From Trueperaceae bacterium (GTDB lineage Bacteria; Deinococcota; Deinococci; Deinococcales; Trueperaceae): a DNA stretch of 64,000 nucleotides. Under the pieces are notes generated by a model. The model was not told where the DNA came from. It saw only the letters and a list, made by a program, of their open reading frames with translations, and ran no database searches. This document shows, in pieces, positions 39,257-50,043 of the stretch; positions within the stretch are counted from its first letter, which is position 1; every line of letters begins with the position of its first letter. A program made the position numbers and the translations under genes. Where the stretch lies: assembly GCA_965213925.1 (NCBI GenBank), contig OZ243927.1, positions 2,656,001 through 2,720,000 on the forward strand, in the 5' to 3' direction.

Positions 39257-41053
39257 TTGGCTACTTTAGACCGAGTTCTCGAGCAAAACGAAGAGGAGCA
39301 GGTGAGCGCGTTTAGCTACCCCAGGCCCCGATTCGTTCGCAACCTGTGGAGACCGCTAGACGGTGAATGGTCATTTTCAACGAGCCAGGTTCAAACGAGC
39401 GCTGAGGTGAGTTGGCAGGGGTCAATCAGGGTGCCTTATCCACCCGAGGCGGCGCTTTCAGGCGTGAACGACCAGACGTTTCACCCGGTGGTCTGGTACC
39501 GGCGCAGCTTTACGGTTCCCAATGACTGGCGCGATAAGCGGATCATCCTCCACTTCGGCGCGGTGGACTACAGCGCGCAGGTGTGGGTCAACGGTCAGCT
39601 CGTTATGAGCCACGAAGGGGGGCACACGCCCTTCTCCACCGACGTCACCGATGTGTTGAGGGAAGGTGAGCAAGAGGTCGTTGCGAGGGCTGAGGACGAC
39701 CCTTCGGAGATGAGCAAGCCGCGCGGCAAGCAGGACTGGCAGAGGGACCCTCACCGGATATGGTATACACGCACCACCGGCATCTGGCAGAGCGTGTGGC
39801 TCGAGCCCGTTACACCTGCCTACCTCTTAAGCGCCCGCTTCACCCCGGACCTGGCGAGCTACGCCGTACTGAGCGAGATCAGTGTAGTCGGGGACGCCTC
39901 AGATTTAAGCCTCGAGCTGGCCTTCAAGTTAGGCGATGAGCGACTCGCCGCCGACCGCTGGCAGCTCACCAGCAGCCATATCGCCCGTACAGTTCACTTA
40001 GGGGTCAGCGGCTTTGACGACCTGGAACGCTTTATCTGGAGCCCGGAACACCCTAACCTCATTGACATCACCCTCAAGCTCTACCAGGGGGAGACCCTGC
40101 TCGACGAGGTGAGGAGCTACACCGGTTTGCGCTCGGTTGAGGCGAGGGACGGCAAGTTCTTCCTTAACCACCGCCCCTACTTTTTGCGCCTGGCCCTCGA
40201 CCAGGGCTACTGGGATGAGGGTTTGCTGGCCGCGCCCAGCGGCGAAGCGCTCAAACGTGATGTCGAACTCGCCAAGGCGATGGGCTTTAACGGCGTGCGT
40301 AAGCACCAGAAGGTTGAGGACCCGCGCTACCTGTACTGGGCCGACAAACTGGGACTGCTCGTCTGGGAGGAGTTGCCGAGCGCCTACGCCTTCTCCCCTC
40401 GAGCGGTGCAGCGCCTGACGAGGGAGTGGCTCGAGGTGCTTGAGCGCGACGACAGCCACCCTTCGGTCGTCGCCTGGGTCTGCTTCAACGAGTCGTGGGG
40501 CGTGCCCGACTTGCCTCACTCGGCGGCGCAGCGTCACGCAGTGCAAGCGCTTTACCACCTAAGCAAAGCGCTCGACCCTCAGCGCCTGGTAGTAGGCAAC
40601 GACGGTTGGGAACACGTAGTCAGCGACCTCTTAACCGTGCACGACTACAGCCCGAAACCCGCTACCTTAGAGGAGCGTTACGGCGGCGCTGAGCGCAGCC
40701 GCCACACCAGCCGTCAAATCCTGGAGCACGGGCGAGCCGTGGTCTTGCCGGAGATGACTCAGAGCGACCAGCCCATCATCTTGTCTGAGTTTGGCGGTAT
40801 CCGCTACAACCCGGCTGCTGAAGGCTGGGGCTACCAGCAAGTGGAGAGTGACGAGGCGCTCCTCGAGCTCTACGCCGAGATGATCAGGTCCGTGTCAGGG
40901 ACAGGGCTAGCAGGTTTTTGCTACACCCAGTTCGCCGATACCTTTCAGGAGCAAAACGGCCTGCTTTATTCGGATCGCCGCCCTAAAGTAGCGCTGGAGC
41001 GCCTTTCTCAAGCCACCCGAAATCAGGCTGAAAGCCGAGAAGGGGGTGAATGA
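39257..41053 (+). CDS. GH2 glycoside hydrolase
   Basis: YPRP, LHFGAVDY, PRGKQ, LDQGYW, RKHQK, FNESWG, SEFGG, CYTQ; start uncertain. Confidence 0.92.
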   Translation: MATLDRVLEQNEEEQVSAFSYPRPRFVRNLWRPLDGEWSFSTSQVQTSAEVSWQGSIRVPYPPEAALSGVNDQTFHPVVWYRRSFTVPNDWRDKRIILHFGAVDYSAQVWVNGQLVMSHEGGHTPFSTDVTDVLREGEQEVVARAEDDPSEMSKPRGKQDWQRDPHRIWYTRTTGIWQSVWLEPVTPAYLLSARFTPDLASYAVLSEISVVGDASDLSLELAFKLGDERLAADRWQLTSSHIARTVHLGVSGFDDLERFIWSPEHPNLIDITLKLYQGETLLDEVRSYTGLRSVEARDGKFFLNHRPYFLRLALDQGYWDEGLLAAPSGEALKRDVELAKAMGFNGVRKHQKVEDPRYLYWADKLGLLVWEELPSAYAFSPRAVQRLTREWLEVLERDDSHPSVVAWVCFNESWGVPDLPHSAAQRHAVQALYHLSKALDPQRLVVGNDGWEHVVSDLLTVHDYSPKPATLEERYGGAERSRHTSRQILEHGRAVVLPEMTQSDQPIILSEFGGIRYNPAAEGWGYQQVESDEALLELYAEMIRSVSGTGLAGFCYTQFADTFQEQNGLLYSDRRPKVALERLSQATRNQAESREGGE

Positions 41054-41101
41054 GCTTCGCTTAGATGGGGTATTAAGATTTCGTTTATAGGAAAGCGGGG
41101 A

Positions 41102-42958
41102 ATGGGGAATATCGTGGGGATGTTAAACAAAAGTTTATTAGGCAAGAGTTTATTGGTAGGAATAGCGGCGCTTACGATGCTCGGTGGTTGCCAGCAGATT
41201 GCGGAGCCTACCGAAGTCACGACTCAGTGGGGCAAGGAAAGTCCAGGGAAGTTTGTCAATCCGCTCACGCTTAGTATAAGGAACGGCCAGTTAGCTGAGT
41301 CCTGCGCTGATCCAGTCATCCTGAAAGGACAAACCACAGGCGACCGCTACTGGTATTTATACTGCACGACCGACCCACTGAACGCCGACGACCGAGCGGA
41401 GAACGGTGACCTCAACTTCAACCTCATCCCTACCTTCCGCTCACTCGACCTGGTCAATTGGGAGTACCAGGGAAACGCTTTTGCAGAGCGGCCTGAATGG
41501 GTCGAGGGCAGCGCGGGCATCTGGGCTCCTGAGGTCGTCTATTTCAACAATCAGTATTACCTCTACTACATGGCCCCAGAGACGAAGGCTGGGGGGAGCG
41601 CCATCGGAGTGGCGACAAGCGACAGCCCGACCGGGCCGTGGACAGATTCGGGCGGCCCGGTTGTTGCGCCGCGAAAAGATCCCAATAGTGACGGGTTTTT
41701 CTGGACGTATGACGCTGAGGTGATCGAAGCTCAGGGCAAGCACTACCTCTACTACGGTTCATACTACGGCGGGGTGTTTGTCCGTGAACTTTCGGAAAAT
41801 GGGCTTACGAGCCGCCCGGAGACCGAGACCCAAATTACGATCGCCAATCGCTACGAAGGCGCGCAGATCATTGAGCGTGACGGCTACTATTACCTGCTCG
41901 CGTCGGCAACGAACTGCTGCAACGGTCCGCTGACCGGTTACAGCGTGTTCGCTGGGCGTTCGCGCAGCCCGCTTGGTCCTTTTATCGACAAGGAAGGCGT
42001 ATCGCTTTTAGCCGGACGTGTCGGCGGAACGCCGGTCATCAGCATGAACGGCAACCGCTGGATGGGCACTGGGCACAATGACACCCTCACCGACTTTAGT
42101 GGACAGGACTGGCTCGTCTACCACGCCATCGACCGCTTTGACCCATACTTTGAGGGTGAGGTCGGCTTTACGAAGCGTCCGGTACTTATGGACCCACTCG
42201 AGTGGGTGGACGGCTGGCCGAGCGTGCGGGCGGGGCGCTGGGCCTCGGACAAGAAACAGCCCGCCCCCGCTGCGCAACCGGGGCAGAAGTCAAAGGTCAA
42301 GGTGCGCCCGCTCCGAGATGAGCGCGTCGGCAAGCGCCTGTTGCGAGACAGCTTTAACGGCGATGCCTTGAACAACGCTTGGACGTGGGTACGCGAACCT
42401 GCAGCCGAGGGCTACAAGGTTGCAAACGGCGCTTTTATCTTCGAGACGCAAGCTGCTGACCTCTTTAGAGATAGCAACAACGCGTCGGTGCTGACCCGCG
42501 CCTTGCCCCGTGGCGACCTTGTGATCCAAACCCGTGTCAAGCTCGATGTACCACCCGAAGGGTGCTGTCAAAATTTTGTCCAGGCCGGGCTGGTCGTCTA
42601 CGACGACGACGACAACTTCATCAAACTCGCGCACGCTTCTATTTTTGAAACGCGTCAGACCGAGTTTGCCAAGGAGCTTTCGCCGGTTCCAGACGGGTTC
42701 CCAAGTTACGGCAATACGGTTGTCGGTCCGCCGGGCGAATGGACGGATTTGCGTATCGTTCGGCGCGTGGAGCGTAGTGGAGAGGTTTACACACCCTATA
42801 CCCGCCGTGACGGGGGCGAGTGGATTCGGGGCGGCACTTATACGCATACGCTCGGCCAGGATACGCGTTTGGGACTCGTCTCGATGGGGGGCGAGGGCTT
42901 TACCGCCACCTTTGATGATGTGCGCGTCTCGAGGCTCAAGAAAGGAAAAAAGCATTGA
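41102..42958 (+). CDS. GH43 glycoside hydrolase lipoprotein with C-terminal beta-sandwich
   Basis: Lipobox LGGC, ADP, WAPE, YEGA, GHN. Confidence 0.9.
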   Translation: MGNIVGMLNKSLLGKSLLVGIAALTMLGGCQQIAEPTEVTTQWGKESPGKFVNPLTLSIRNGQLAESCADPVILKGQTTGDRYWYLYCTTDPLNADDRAENGDLNFNLIPTFRSLDLVNWEYQGNAFAERPEWVEGSAGIWAPEVVYFNNQYYLYYMAPETKAGGSAIGVATSDSPTGPWTDSGGPVVAPRKDPNSDGFFWTYDAEVIEAQGKHYLYYGSYYGGVFVRELSENGLTSRPETETQITIANRYEGAQIIERDGYYYLLASATNCCNGPLTGYSVFAGRSRSPLGPFIDKEGVSLLAGRVGGTPVISMNGNRWMGTGHNDTLTDFSGQDWLVYHAIDRFDPYFEGEVGFTKRPVLMDPLEWVDGWPSVRAGRWASDKKQPAPAAQPGQKSKVKVRPLRDERVGKRLLRDSFNGDALNNAWTWVREPAAEGYKVANGAFIFETQAADLFRDSNNASVLTRALPRGDLVIQTRVKLDVPPEGCCQNFVQAGLVVYDDDDNFIKLAHASIFETRQTEFAKELSPVPDGFPSYGNTVVGPPGEWTDLRIVRRVERSGEVYTPYTRRDGGEWIRGGTYTHTLGQDTRLGLVSMGGEGFTATFDDVRVSRLKKGKKH

Positions 42959-43035
42959 CGACAGGCACCAAACTCACCAGCCAAACAAGTTACGAGTAAC
43001 GACCTTTAGTTCAATCCATGTTTTAAGGAGGAACG

Positions 43036-44325
43036 ATGCACCTCATATTCAAACGATTACAATTTGTTTTTGCCACCCTTTTTTTAGGTAGCTTCGCCCT
43101 AGCACAAGTGACCTGCTCAGAGGAGGCGCAGGGAGCGCAGATCGCCTTTTGGAACGGTTTTAGCGGCCCCGATGGTCAGTTTATGCAACAGCTCGTAGAC
43201 CGTTTCAACAGTGAAAACGAACAGGGTGTTACGGTCACTATGACCGTGCAACCCTTTACCGAGTATTACAACACGCTCAACGCGGCAGCTACCTCGAATA
43301 CGCTGCCTGATGTGGTGCAAATTCACCTCGATCAGCTTGCGACCAACGCGGTGCGCGGCGTAATCCGACCTATCTCGGAAGACATATTGGCGACTATGAG
43401 TATCGACGGCTCGGACTTTCCCGCGACGGTCTGGGAGGGTACCTCTTATAATGGCGAGCGCTACTCCATCCCGCTCGACGTTCACCCCTTGGTGATGTGG
43501 TACAACCGCGAGCAGTGGAGCGCGGCGGGCGTAGCGGACCCAGCGGGACAGGTTTTAGAGGGAGAGGCCTACGAAGCGGCGCTCCAAGCCCTCAAGGAGA
43601 GTAATGGTGAGGCCATCGCTTGGTCGATTACCACCGGCTTTCCTATCGAGTGGATGTTTCAAACGCTCCTTTATCAGTTTGGCGGAAGCGCCTTTAACGA
43701 GGACGCGAGCGAAGCAACCTGGAATAGCGAAGCGGGCGTCCAGGCGCTGACCTACCTCAAGGAACATCAAGCGCAGTTCTCGAGGCCCAATTTGCCCGTC
43801 GACGCGGGCATCACCGCCTTCAAGCAGGGTAACGACTCAACCGAGTGGAACGGCACCTGGCAGGTCAGCAACTTAACGGGTGAAGGCTACCAACCCGGTT
43901 GGGGCGCGCCTATTCCAAATATCGGCGGCGACTACGCAGTATTCGGCAACGCGCACACGCTGGCGCTGGCCGACCATGACGGAAATGAAGATGCGGCAAA
44001 AACCGCCGCCGCCGCTTGCTTGATCGACTTTATCTCCGCGAATTCGCTCGTCTGGGTGGAGGGCGCAGGACACATCCCAGCCCGCAACTCGGTCCGCGAA
44101 AGTAATGACTTTGCCGCCGTTGAACCCCAAGCCTCCTACGCGGTCATGGCTGAAGATGTAGTTTTCCCACCGCTCGTCCCCGGTATCACCGACGCCTTAG
44201 CTGAACTCACCGAAGCGGTGGCCGATGTCTTAGCGGGCAATGGTGACATCGAAGGCGCGCTCAACGAGTCCGCGGCTCGCGCCAATCAGGTGTTAGAGCA
44301 AAACCGCCGCCGTTACGCCCAGTAG
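43036..44325 (+). CDS. Sugar ABC transporter substrate-binding protein
   Basis: Signal peptide, FWNGFSGPDG, YSIPLDVHPL. Confidence 0.9.
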   Translation: MHLIFKRLQFVFATLFLGSFALAQVTCSEEAQGAQIAFWNGFSGPDGQFMQQLVDRFNSENEQGVTVTMTVQPFTEYYNTLNAAATSNTLPDVVQIHLDQLATNAVRGVIRPISEDILATMSIDGSDFPATVWEGTSYNGERYSIPLDVHPLVMWYNREQWSAAGVADPAGQVLEGEAYEAALQALKESNGEAIAWSITTGFPIEWMFQTLLYQFGGSAFNEDASEATWNSEAGVQALTYLKEHQAQFSRPNLPVDAGITAFKQGNDSTEWNGTWQVSNLTGEGYQPGWGAPIPNIGGDYAVFGNAHTLALADHDGNEDAAKTAAAACLIDFISANSLVWVEGAGHIPARNSVRESNDFAAVEPQASYAVMAEDVVFPPLVPGITDALAELTEAVADVLAGNGDIEGALNESAARANQVLEQNRRRYAQ

Positions 44326-44433
44326 TTAAGCTCAGTCGTTTCGTCCGGTCGTCACGCCTATCTGCGCGGGGTCGGGTTTTCATCTTCCCCGCGCAACCTT
44401 ATAAGCCTTGTGAAGGAAAGTTAGGTAGAATCT

Positions 44434-45375
44434 ATGGCTACACAGCAGTCCGTTCAAAGCCGCGCTGCGGCGAGCCGCTCGCCCAGTAAGCGCAAGCGCT
44501 TCAAGGTCACGCCTTACCTCTTCATTTTGCCGCACCTCGTTTTTTTTGCTGTATTTTTGGCGTGGCCTCTTTTCTACGGTATTTACATCAGCCTCTTCGA
44601 GTACGACTTTTCTTTTCCTGACTATCGGCCTTTCGTCGGCCTACAAAACTACCGAAATCTGTTCGAAAGCTCGAGCATTCAATATGACGACTTTTGGAAC
44701 GCTCTCACCAATACTGGGGTCTTCGTCCTTTGGAGTTTGCCCCCCCTAGTCATCGTGGCGCTCTTTTTAGCGGTTCTCTTAAACGGTAAGTACCGGGGGC
44801 GCAACTTTTTCCGCGGCATCTACTTTGCCCCGTGGTCGCTCTCCGCCGTGGTCGCTTCGCTCCTCGGCTGGTGGATTTTCCAAGACCAGAGCGGACTGAT
44901 GAACGCCTTTTTAGCGCAGCTTGGGCTGCCTGAAGTCGCTTGGCTCGGCTCGTTGCCGTGGGCGTGGATTGCCATTACCGTCGTCACCGTCTGGTGGACG
45001 GTGGGCTTTAACGCCATCATCTTTTTAGCGGCCCTGCAAGACATCCCCGACACCTACTACGACGCCGCTGCAATTGACGGCGCAAATAAGCTGCAGCGGT
45101 TCTGGCATGTCACCTTGCCGCAGCTTAGACCTGTGCTTATCTTTGTCATTACCATTACCCTTATAGCCTCGGCTAACTTGTTCGCCCAGCCCTTTATTAT
45201 GACGCGCGGAGGTCCGGCGCAGGGCACCGAACCGATCATCATGCTGATCTATAACGAAGGTTTTGGCGCTTTTCGGATGGGCAGCGCCGCCGCGATGTCC
45301 GTGGTTCTTGCAGCAATTCTGCTCGTTTTGACGGTGCTTAACTTCAGGGTTTTTGGCAGCGGAGAGGGACGTTAA
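44434..45375 (+). CDS. Sugar ABC permease
   Basis: FVGLQNY, YDAAAIDGA. Confidence 0.92.
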   Translation: MATQQSVQSRAAASRSPSKRKRFKVTPYLFILPHLVFFAVFLAWPLFYGIYISLFEYDFSFPDYRPFVGLQNYRNLFESSSIQYDDFWNALTNTGVFVLWSLPPLVIVALFLAVLLNGKYRGRNFFRGIYFAPWSLSAVVASLLGWWIFQDQSGLMNAFLAQLGLPEVAWLGSLPWAWIAITVVTVWWTVGFNAIIFLAALQDIPDTYYDAAAIDGANKLQRFWHVTLPQLRPVLIFVITITLIASANLFAQPFIMTRGGPAQGTEPIIMLIYNEGFGAFRMGSAAAMSVVLAAILLVLTVLNFRVFGSGEGR

Positions 45376-45377
45376 AG

Positions 45378-46241
45378 ATGGCGCAAACAAGCGGACGTGT
45401 TGAGAGTCAGCGAGCAGGTCGAGGGTTACTTGGCAAGGTGCTGCTCTACACCGTACTCATCTTTTTCGCCTTTTTTTTCCTCTTGCCGCTTCTATGGATG
45501 GGGGTGACTGCGCTTAAACCCGCCGGCGAATGGCTGCTCCCCAATTGGATTCCGCAGCGACCCACCTTGGAGAACTTCACCGCTATCTTTAGTAACCCTT
45601 CGCTGCCGGTATTGCGCTGGTTTATCAATAGCGCTGCGGTAGCAACCGTCTTCACCGCTTTGGTCTTATTGCTCGATTCGCTCGCAGCTTACGCTTATGC
45701 CCGGATGGACTTTCCGGGTCGCAACATCCTCTTTGGCCTGCTCATTAGCACACTGGTTATGCCTGCCATCATCTTCTTAATTCCCAACTACCTTACGGTC
45801 GCTACCTTGGGTGGACTCAACAGCTACTGGGGTATTTTCGCGCCAGGGCTGGCCGGGGTTTTCGGCGTGTTTTTCCTGAGACAGTTCTTCTTGAGCTTGC
45901 CTAAGGAGTTAGAGGAGGCCGCACTCATTGACGGGGCCGGTATCTGGACCATCTTTTTTAGGATCGTATTACCGCTCTCAGTTCCGGCCCTCTCAACGCT
46001 AGGCATCATCACCTACCTCGCCTCTTGGAACGACTTTCTCTGGCCCCTGCTTATCGTCGGCAACGACCCGCTCAAGCAGACGCTGCCGGTCGGACTGGCG
46101 AAGCTCCAAGGTGCCTATGTATTTCAATACGGGCAACTCATGGCAGGCGCGGTCATTGCGGCGCTGCCGGTGCTCATTCTCTACTTGACCCTGCAACGCT
46201 ATATCGTGCAGAGCGTAGCGTCAACTGGGCTCAAGGGTTGA
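45378..46241 (+). CDS. Sugar ABC permease
   Basis: EEAALIDGA, WNDFLWPL, TLPVGL. Confidence 0.92.
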   Translation: MAQTSGRVESQRAGRGLLGKVLLYTVLIFFAFFFLLPLLWMGVTALKPAGEWLLPNWIPQRPTLENFTAIFSNPSLPVLRWFINSAAVATVFTALVLLLDSLAAYAYARMDFPGRNILFGLLISTLVMPAIIFLIPNYLTVATLGGLNSYWGIFAPGLAGVFGVFFLRQFFLSLPKELEEAALIDGAGIWTIFFRIVLPLSVPALSTLGIITYLASWNDFLWPLLIVGNDPLKQTLPVGLAKLQGAYVFQYGQLMAGAVIAALPVLILYLTLQRYIVQSVASTGLKG

Positions 46242-46386
46242 GGGAGAGGTGCACAAAGCGGACGTTACATGAATGTCGCTGCTGCCCAGTTCTTCTCACA
46301 TGAACTTATCCGAGTTGCCTATGTCCATCTTTACGACTCTGTGAAACTAAGGCACCGCTACATGCTGCGACCCTGAAAGGAAACCT

Positions 46387-47382
46387 GTGCGCACGTTTTG
46401 CCTCGTCCTTATTAGCTTACTCATAACCCAGGCTACAGCCCAATACGTCAACCCCGTTGTTACGCCCGTTGCCGCTGACCCCAGTATCATCCGCACTCCA
46501 GATGGCACCTTTTACCTTTACGCTACTCAGGACGACTGGGGCGAGGGGAGTCACTACATCCCCATCTTTCGTTCAGACGACCTTGTAGAGTGGACGTTTG
46601 TCAAGGACGCTTTTACTTGGCCGCCTAGCTGGAAAGAGGGGGGCGGCTTTCTCTGGGCTCCCGATATTTCACGGCGCGGCGATACCTACTACCTTTACTA
46701 CGCCGCCTCCCTCTGGGGCGACCCGAACCCCTGCATCGGTCTCGCCACGGCGAGCCACCCCGAAGGTCCGTGGGAAGACCTAGGTCGTGCTGTATTTTGC
46801 TCCGAGGATATCGGCGTTGGCAACTCTATCGACCCCTTCGTGATGTACGAGAACAGCGAAAGGTGGATAGTTTGGGGGAGCTTTCAGGGTATTTACGCCG
46901 TAGAGCTGAGCCAAAACGGGACAGAAGCTGTGGGCGACCCCGTTCTTCTCGCGGACACCCGCTTTGAGGCTCCCTACATCATTCAGCGTGACGGTTACTA
47001 CTACCTCTTTCTCTCGGCAGGTTCGTGTTGTGAAGGGGAGTGGAGTACCTACCAGACGCTCGTGGGACGCTCGGCTAACCTGCTTGGACCTTACTTGGAC
47101 GCTGACGGGCGTGACTTGCGCTCGGGCGGCGGGACGCTCATTTTAGACCGCAATGACACGTGGATTGGACCTGGTCACAACGCCGTCATTCAAGACGACG
47201 CGGGGGACGATTGGATCATCTATCACGCGATTCCAAAAGCAGACTCGAGGCTTGCGAATGGGGTCAACCGCCGCCCCACGCTCCTCGACCGCATCATATG
47301 GGTGAACGGCTGGCCGGTCGTCAATAATGGTGACGGCGCGAGCGCTGCGGCAAAAGCCGCGCCGAAAGTGACGACCCCATGA
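46387..47382 (+). CDS. GH43 glycoside hydrolase, exported
   Basis: ADPS, WAPD, SIDP, FEAP, GPGHN. Confidence 0.9.
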   Translation: MRTFCLVLISLLITQATAQYVNPVVTPVAADPSIIRTPDGTFYLYATQDDWGEGSHYIPIFRSDDLVEWTFVKDAFTWPPSWKEGGGFLWAPDISRRGDTYYLYYAASLWGDPNPCIGLATASHPEGPWEDLGRAVFCSEDIGVGNSIDPFVMYENSERWIVWGSFQGIYAVELSQNGTEAVGDPVLLADTRFEAPYIIQRDGYYYLFLSAGSCCEGEWSTYQTLVGRSANLLGPYLDADGRDLRSGGGTLILDRNDTWIGPGHNAVIQDDAGDDWIIYHAIPKADSRLANGVNRRPTLLDRIIWVNGWPVVNNGDGASAAAKAAPKVTTP

Positions 47383-48323
47383 GCCGAGCAACACGCTCCG
47401 CCCAGGTGCAGCAGCTTAGCGACATGAACCCAGTCTACGCCGGCTACCTCGCTGACCCCTTTGTACTTGCTTACCAAGGTCAGTATTATGCGTACGGTAC
47501 GGACTCCGTTTTGGACGGTCGGGTGTTCCAGGTGCTTCAGTCTCCCGACCTTATCCGCTGGACCTCTTTAGGCACAGCTTTGAAGACACTGGAGGGCGAG
47601 CCATGCGATTACTGGGCTCCTGAAGTCGCATTGAATGGTGACACCTTTTATATGTACTATTCGGTTGGCAAGGGCGATAAAGGTCATATGCTCCGCGTCG
47701 CCACCGCGAAAGCGCCGCAGGGTCCCTTCACTGACTTAGGCTTGTGCCTCACGGCAGATGAGCCTTTCGCCATCGACCCTCACCCTTTCCAGGACGACGA
47801 CGGGGCGTGGTATCTATTTTATGCGAAAGACTTTTTGGAGGGCGAGCGGGTTGGGACCGGTTTAGTGGTAGACCGTTTGGAGGGGATGACCCGCCTTGTG
47901 GGAGAGACGCGCACCGTACTGCGGGCTACCGCTGACTGGCAACTCTATAAGCGGCAGCGAAAGATGTACGGACGCACGCTGGACTGGTACACGCTTGAGG
48001 GTCCTTTTGTAGTCAAGCGTTTCGGGCGCTACTACTGCTTCTTTTCGGGCGGCAACTGGCAGAACGAAAGCTACGGCGTCTCGTACGCTGTAGCGCCGCA
48101 CCCTCTTGGTCCTTGGCGTGAGCCACATCCTGAAAGCCCTGCGCTTTTGAAGTCTGTAGAGGACGCGCTCATTGGTCCCGGACACAACTCGCTTATTGTG
48201 GGACCAGGAGATGAAGACCGCCTTGTATTTCACGCCTGGAATAGAATGCGAACTGCTCGGCAGATGTGGATCGGGCGGCTTCACTGGATGGGTGAAGAGC
48301 CAAAGCTTATTCATAGTTTATAG
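47379..48323 (+). CDS. GH43 glycoside hydrolase, cytoplasmic
   Basis: ADPF, WAPE, AIDP, TLEGP, GPGHN. Confidence 0.9.
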   Translation: MSRATRSAQVQQLSDMNPVYAGYLADPFVLAYQGQYYAYGTDSVLDGRVFQVLQSPDLIRWTSLGTALKTLEGEPCDYWAPEVALNGDTFYMYYSVGKGDKGHMLRVATAKAPQGPFTDLGLCLTADEPFAIDPHPFQDDDGAWYLFYAKDFLEGERVGTGLVVDRLEGMTRLVGETRTVLRATADWQLYKRQRKMYGRTLDWYTLEGPFVVKRFGRYYCFFSGGNWQNESYGVSYAVAPHPLGPWREPHPESPALLKSVEDALIGPGHNSLIVGPGDEDRLVFHAWNRMRTARQMWIGRLHWMGEEPKLIHSL

Positions 48324-48336
48324 GCCTTTGTAGATT

Positions 48337-48368
48337 TTGTGCAATTAACGCGCGCAACTGGCGCACAA
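48337..48368. repeat. 32-bp palindromic boundary site
   Basis: TTGTGCAATTAAC GCGCGC AACTGGCGCACAA. Confidence 0.9.
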
Positions 48369-48440
48369 TCATGTCCTCAATCTCTCAGCTTCACCCTTAT
48401 CCTCACAACCATGCTTTAACTAAAAAGTGTCGCCCTCTCT

Positions 48441-48487
48441 CCTACTGCGAAAGCACCTGCCGAGATAGCAGGTGCTTTCGCAGTAGG
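48441..48487. terminator. Perfect 20-bp stem hairpin after the lipoprotein gene
   Basis: CCTACTGCGAAAGCACCTGC-7 nt-GCAGGTGCTTTCGCAGTAGG, 8 bp from the stop at 48496. Confidence 0.7.
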
Positions 48488-48495
48488 TTTGGCAT

Positions 48496-49467
48496 TTAGG
48501 GCGTGTTCAACTGCCCATACTTGAGCGCACTCTCGACATGTGCCGAGATGTCCTCATCTATGACGCGGTCGTACACGTCCCCCGACGCAGGGACGAAGCC
48601 CGCCTTCGCTAGGCTGTACTGCGCCTCATCGCCATACACGCCCCCGAGCGCGTTTTTCATGGTGAGGTCGCTGGCGCGTGCGGGGATGGCGACGCGCAGC
48701 GTTGAGACGAGAGGTTCAATGCCCTCGCCGTGCAACTGGATGAGTTCGCCTGCGTGCTCGAGCTGCGTGAGGTCGCGGTAGTCAATGATGACAAGGCCCA
48801 CGTTCTGGATATGCTTGTCGAGGCTGCTGACGTCGAATCGTTCGACGTCCAACCGGTCTAAGGCGCTAATGTACCAGCAGATCTTAGGCACCGGTTGCTG
48901 CCTGCACCAGTCGTCCGATGGGCTGCCAGGAATGGTTCTGCTCACCCCGGTTTTGCTCACCCCGGCCACGTTAAAGCCTGTCTCCGTAATGAGTTTAACC
49001 AGCGTGCCCGCGTCCATAGCGCTCACGGTTTTGGCGCTGTAGCCAAGTTTAGCGGCCCGCTCGAGGAGCACGGGTGTCGCGTAGACCGCCGCAAAGTCGA
49101 TAGCCGCCGTTATCCCGTCAAGGCGTGGGTCCGGGACTGGGTTGCCATCCTTGTCACAAAGGACGAGCTGGCAGTACCGAGAGACGAGCGGCACCTTCAC
49201 CGGCTTCCAGTCGTAAATCCGTCCAGGGTCGGGCGTATAGGACACCACGCCTGCGTTGTAAAAGGCCGCTGCTTTGGCGAGTTTGGCAGACTCGACGTAG
49301 CGAACGTCTGCCACGTGGCTGAGCGGTTCCACGAGCGAGGGGATGTCGGTCACGAGGGTGAACGCGCCGCGATACCTCTGGCTTGACAGCTCCGCCTCGG
49401 AGCTTTGGCTGCACGCAGCCAGCACGCTACTTAGGACTATAAGACCAAACAGAACAAACTTTTTCAT
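48496..49467 (-). CDS. Hypothetical lipoprotein
   Basis: MKK..LAAC lipobox; no recognised domain. Confidence 0.75.
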   Translation of the reverse strand: MKKFVLFGLIVLSSVLAACSQSSEAELSSQRYRGAFTLVTDIPSLVEPLSHVADVRYVESAKLAKAAAFYNAGVVSYTPDPGRIYDWKPVKVPLVSRYCQLVLCDKDGNPVPDPRLDGITAAIDFAAVYATPVLLERAAKLGYSAKTVSAMDAGTLVKLITETGFNVAGVSKTGVSRTIPGSPSDDWCRQQPVPKICWYISALDRLDVERFDVSSLDKHIQNVGLVIIDYRDLTQLEHAGELIQLHGEGIEPLVSTLRVAIPARASDLTMKNALGGVYGDEAQYSLAKAGFVPASGDVYDRVIDEDISAHVESALKYGQLNTP

Positions 49468-49648
49468 CTCTCTACCTTTCCGCCATTTGCGCAGGCATTC
49501 AACAGTAGGACCGAGCCTAGATATAGAACGAACGTGTAGTGCTTCATGTTTCTCCTTAAACGTGGGCTTATATGCCCTCTTCGAGGTGCGCCGCGTTTGA
49601 ACCTCGCGGTCTTAGACGCGACGCTGAACGAATGGTCGATCGGTTCTT

Positions 49649-50043
49649 CTAGCGGCAGCTGCTCGAAGCGTTGACACGTACCGGGACAGCGTCCGCGCCC
49701 ATCGAAGCGTTGTTCGAGGTGTTGCCATCACTGTTCGTGATGATCACTCCGATGTAGTAGTTGCCGCTAGGCGTGCAGACGGGGATACGAGGAAGCCCGG
49801 CGTTGACGCGCACCGAGGATTTGGGCGAGAAAGACCAGTCGAAGTAACCCGAGAGGATAGGCGTGTCGTAGGTGCTGAGGTAATCGTTCCTCGAGAGGTA
49901 TAACGTCGCATTGAAGCGGCTGCTGCGTGACGCTTTCGAGTAGTTATGAACTAGGTAGTCGAGTTTGGTGAGCCGGTCACCCGCCGTGAGGGTGCTGGGC
50001 GCAGCATTCGCGTCCAAGGCGTGAACGTCGAAACTGGCAGGCG
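49649..50043 (-). CDS. C-terminal beta-sandwich (CARDB-like) fragment of a secreted protein
   Basis: YLSRNDYLSTYDT..PSGNYYIGVII..D.N.SNN; 5' part lost at the junction. Confidence 0.55.

Noticed and set aside
19977..48368. Boundary repeats as terminators or transcription-factor operators (e.g. DdrO RDRM)
   Set aside because: They occur between divergent genes (against terminators) and convergent genes (against operators); arms often pair poorly; separate hairpins lie beside some; length and core do not fit the 17-bp RDRM.
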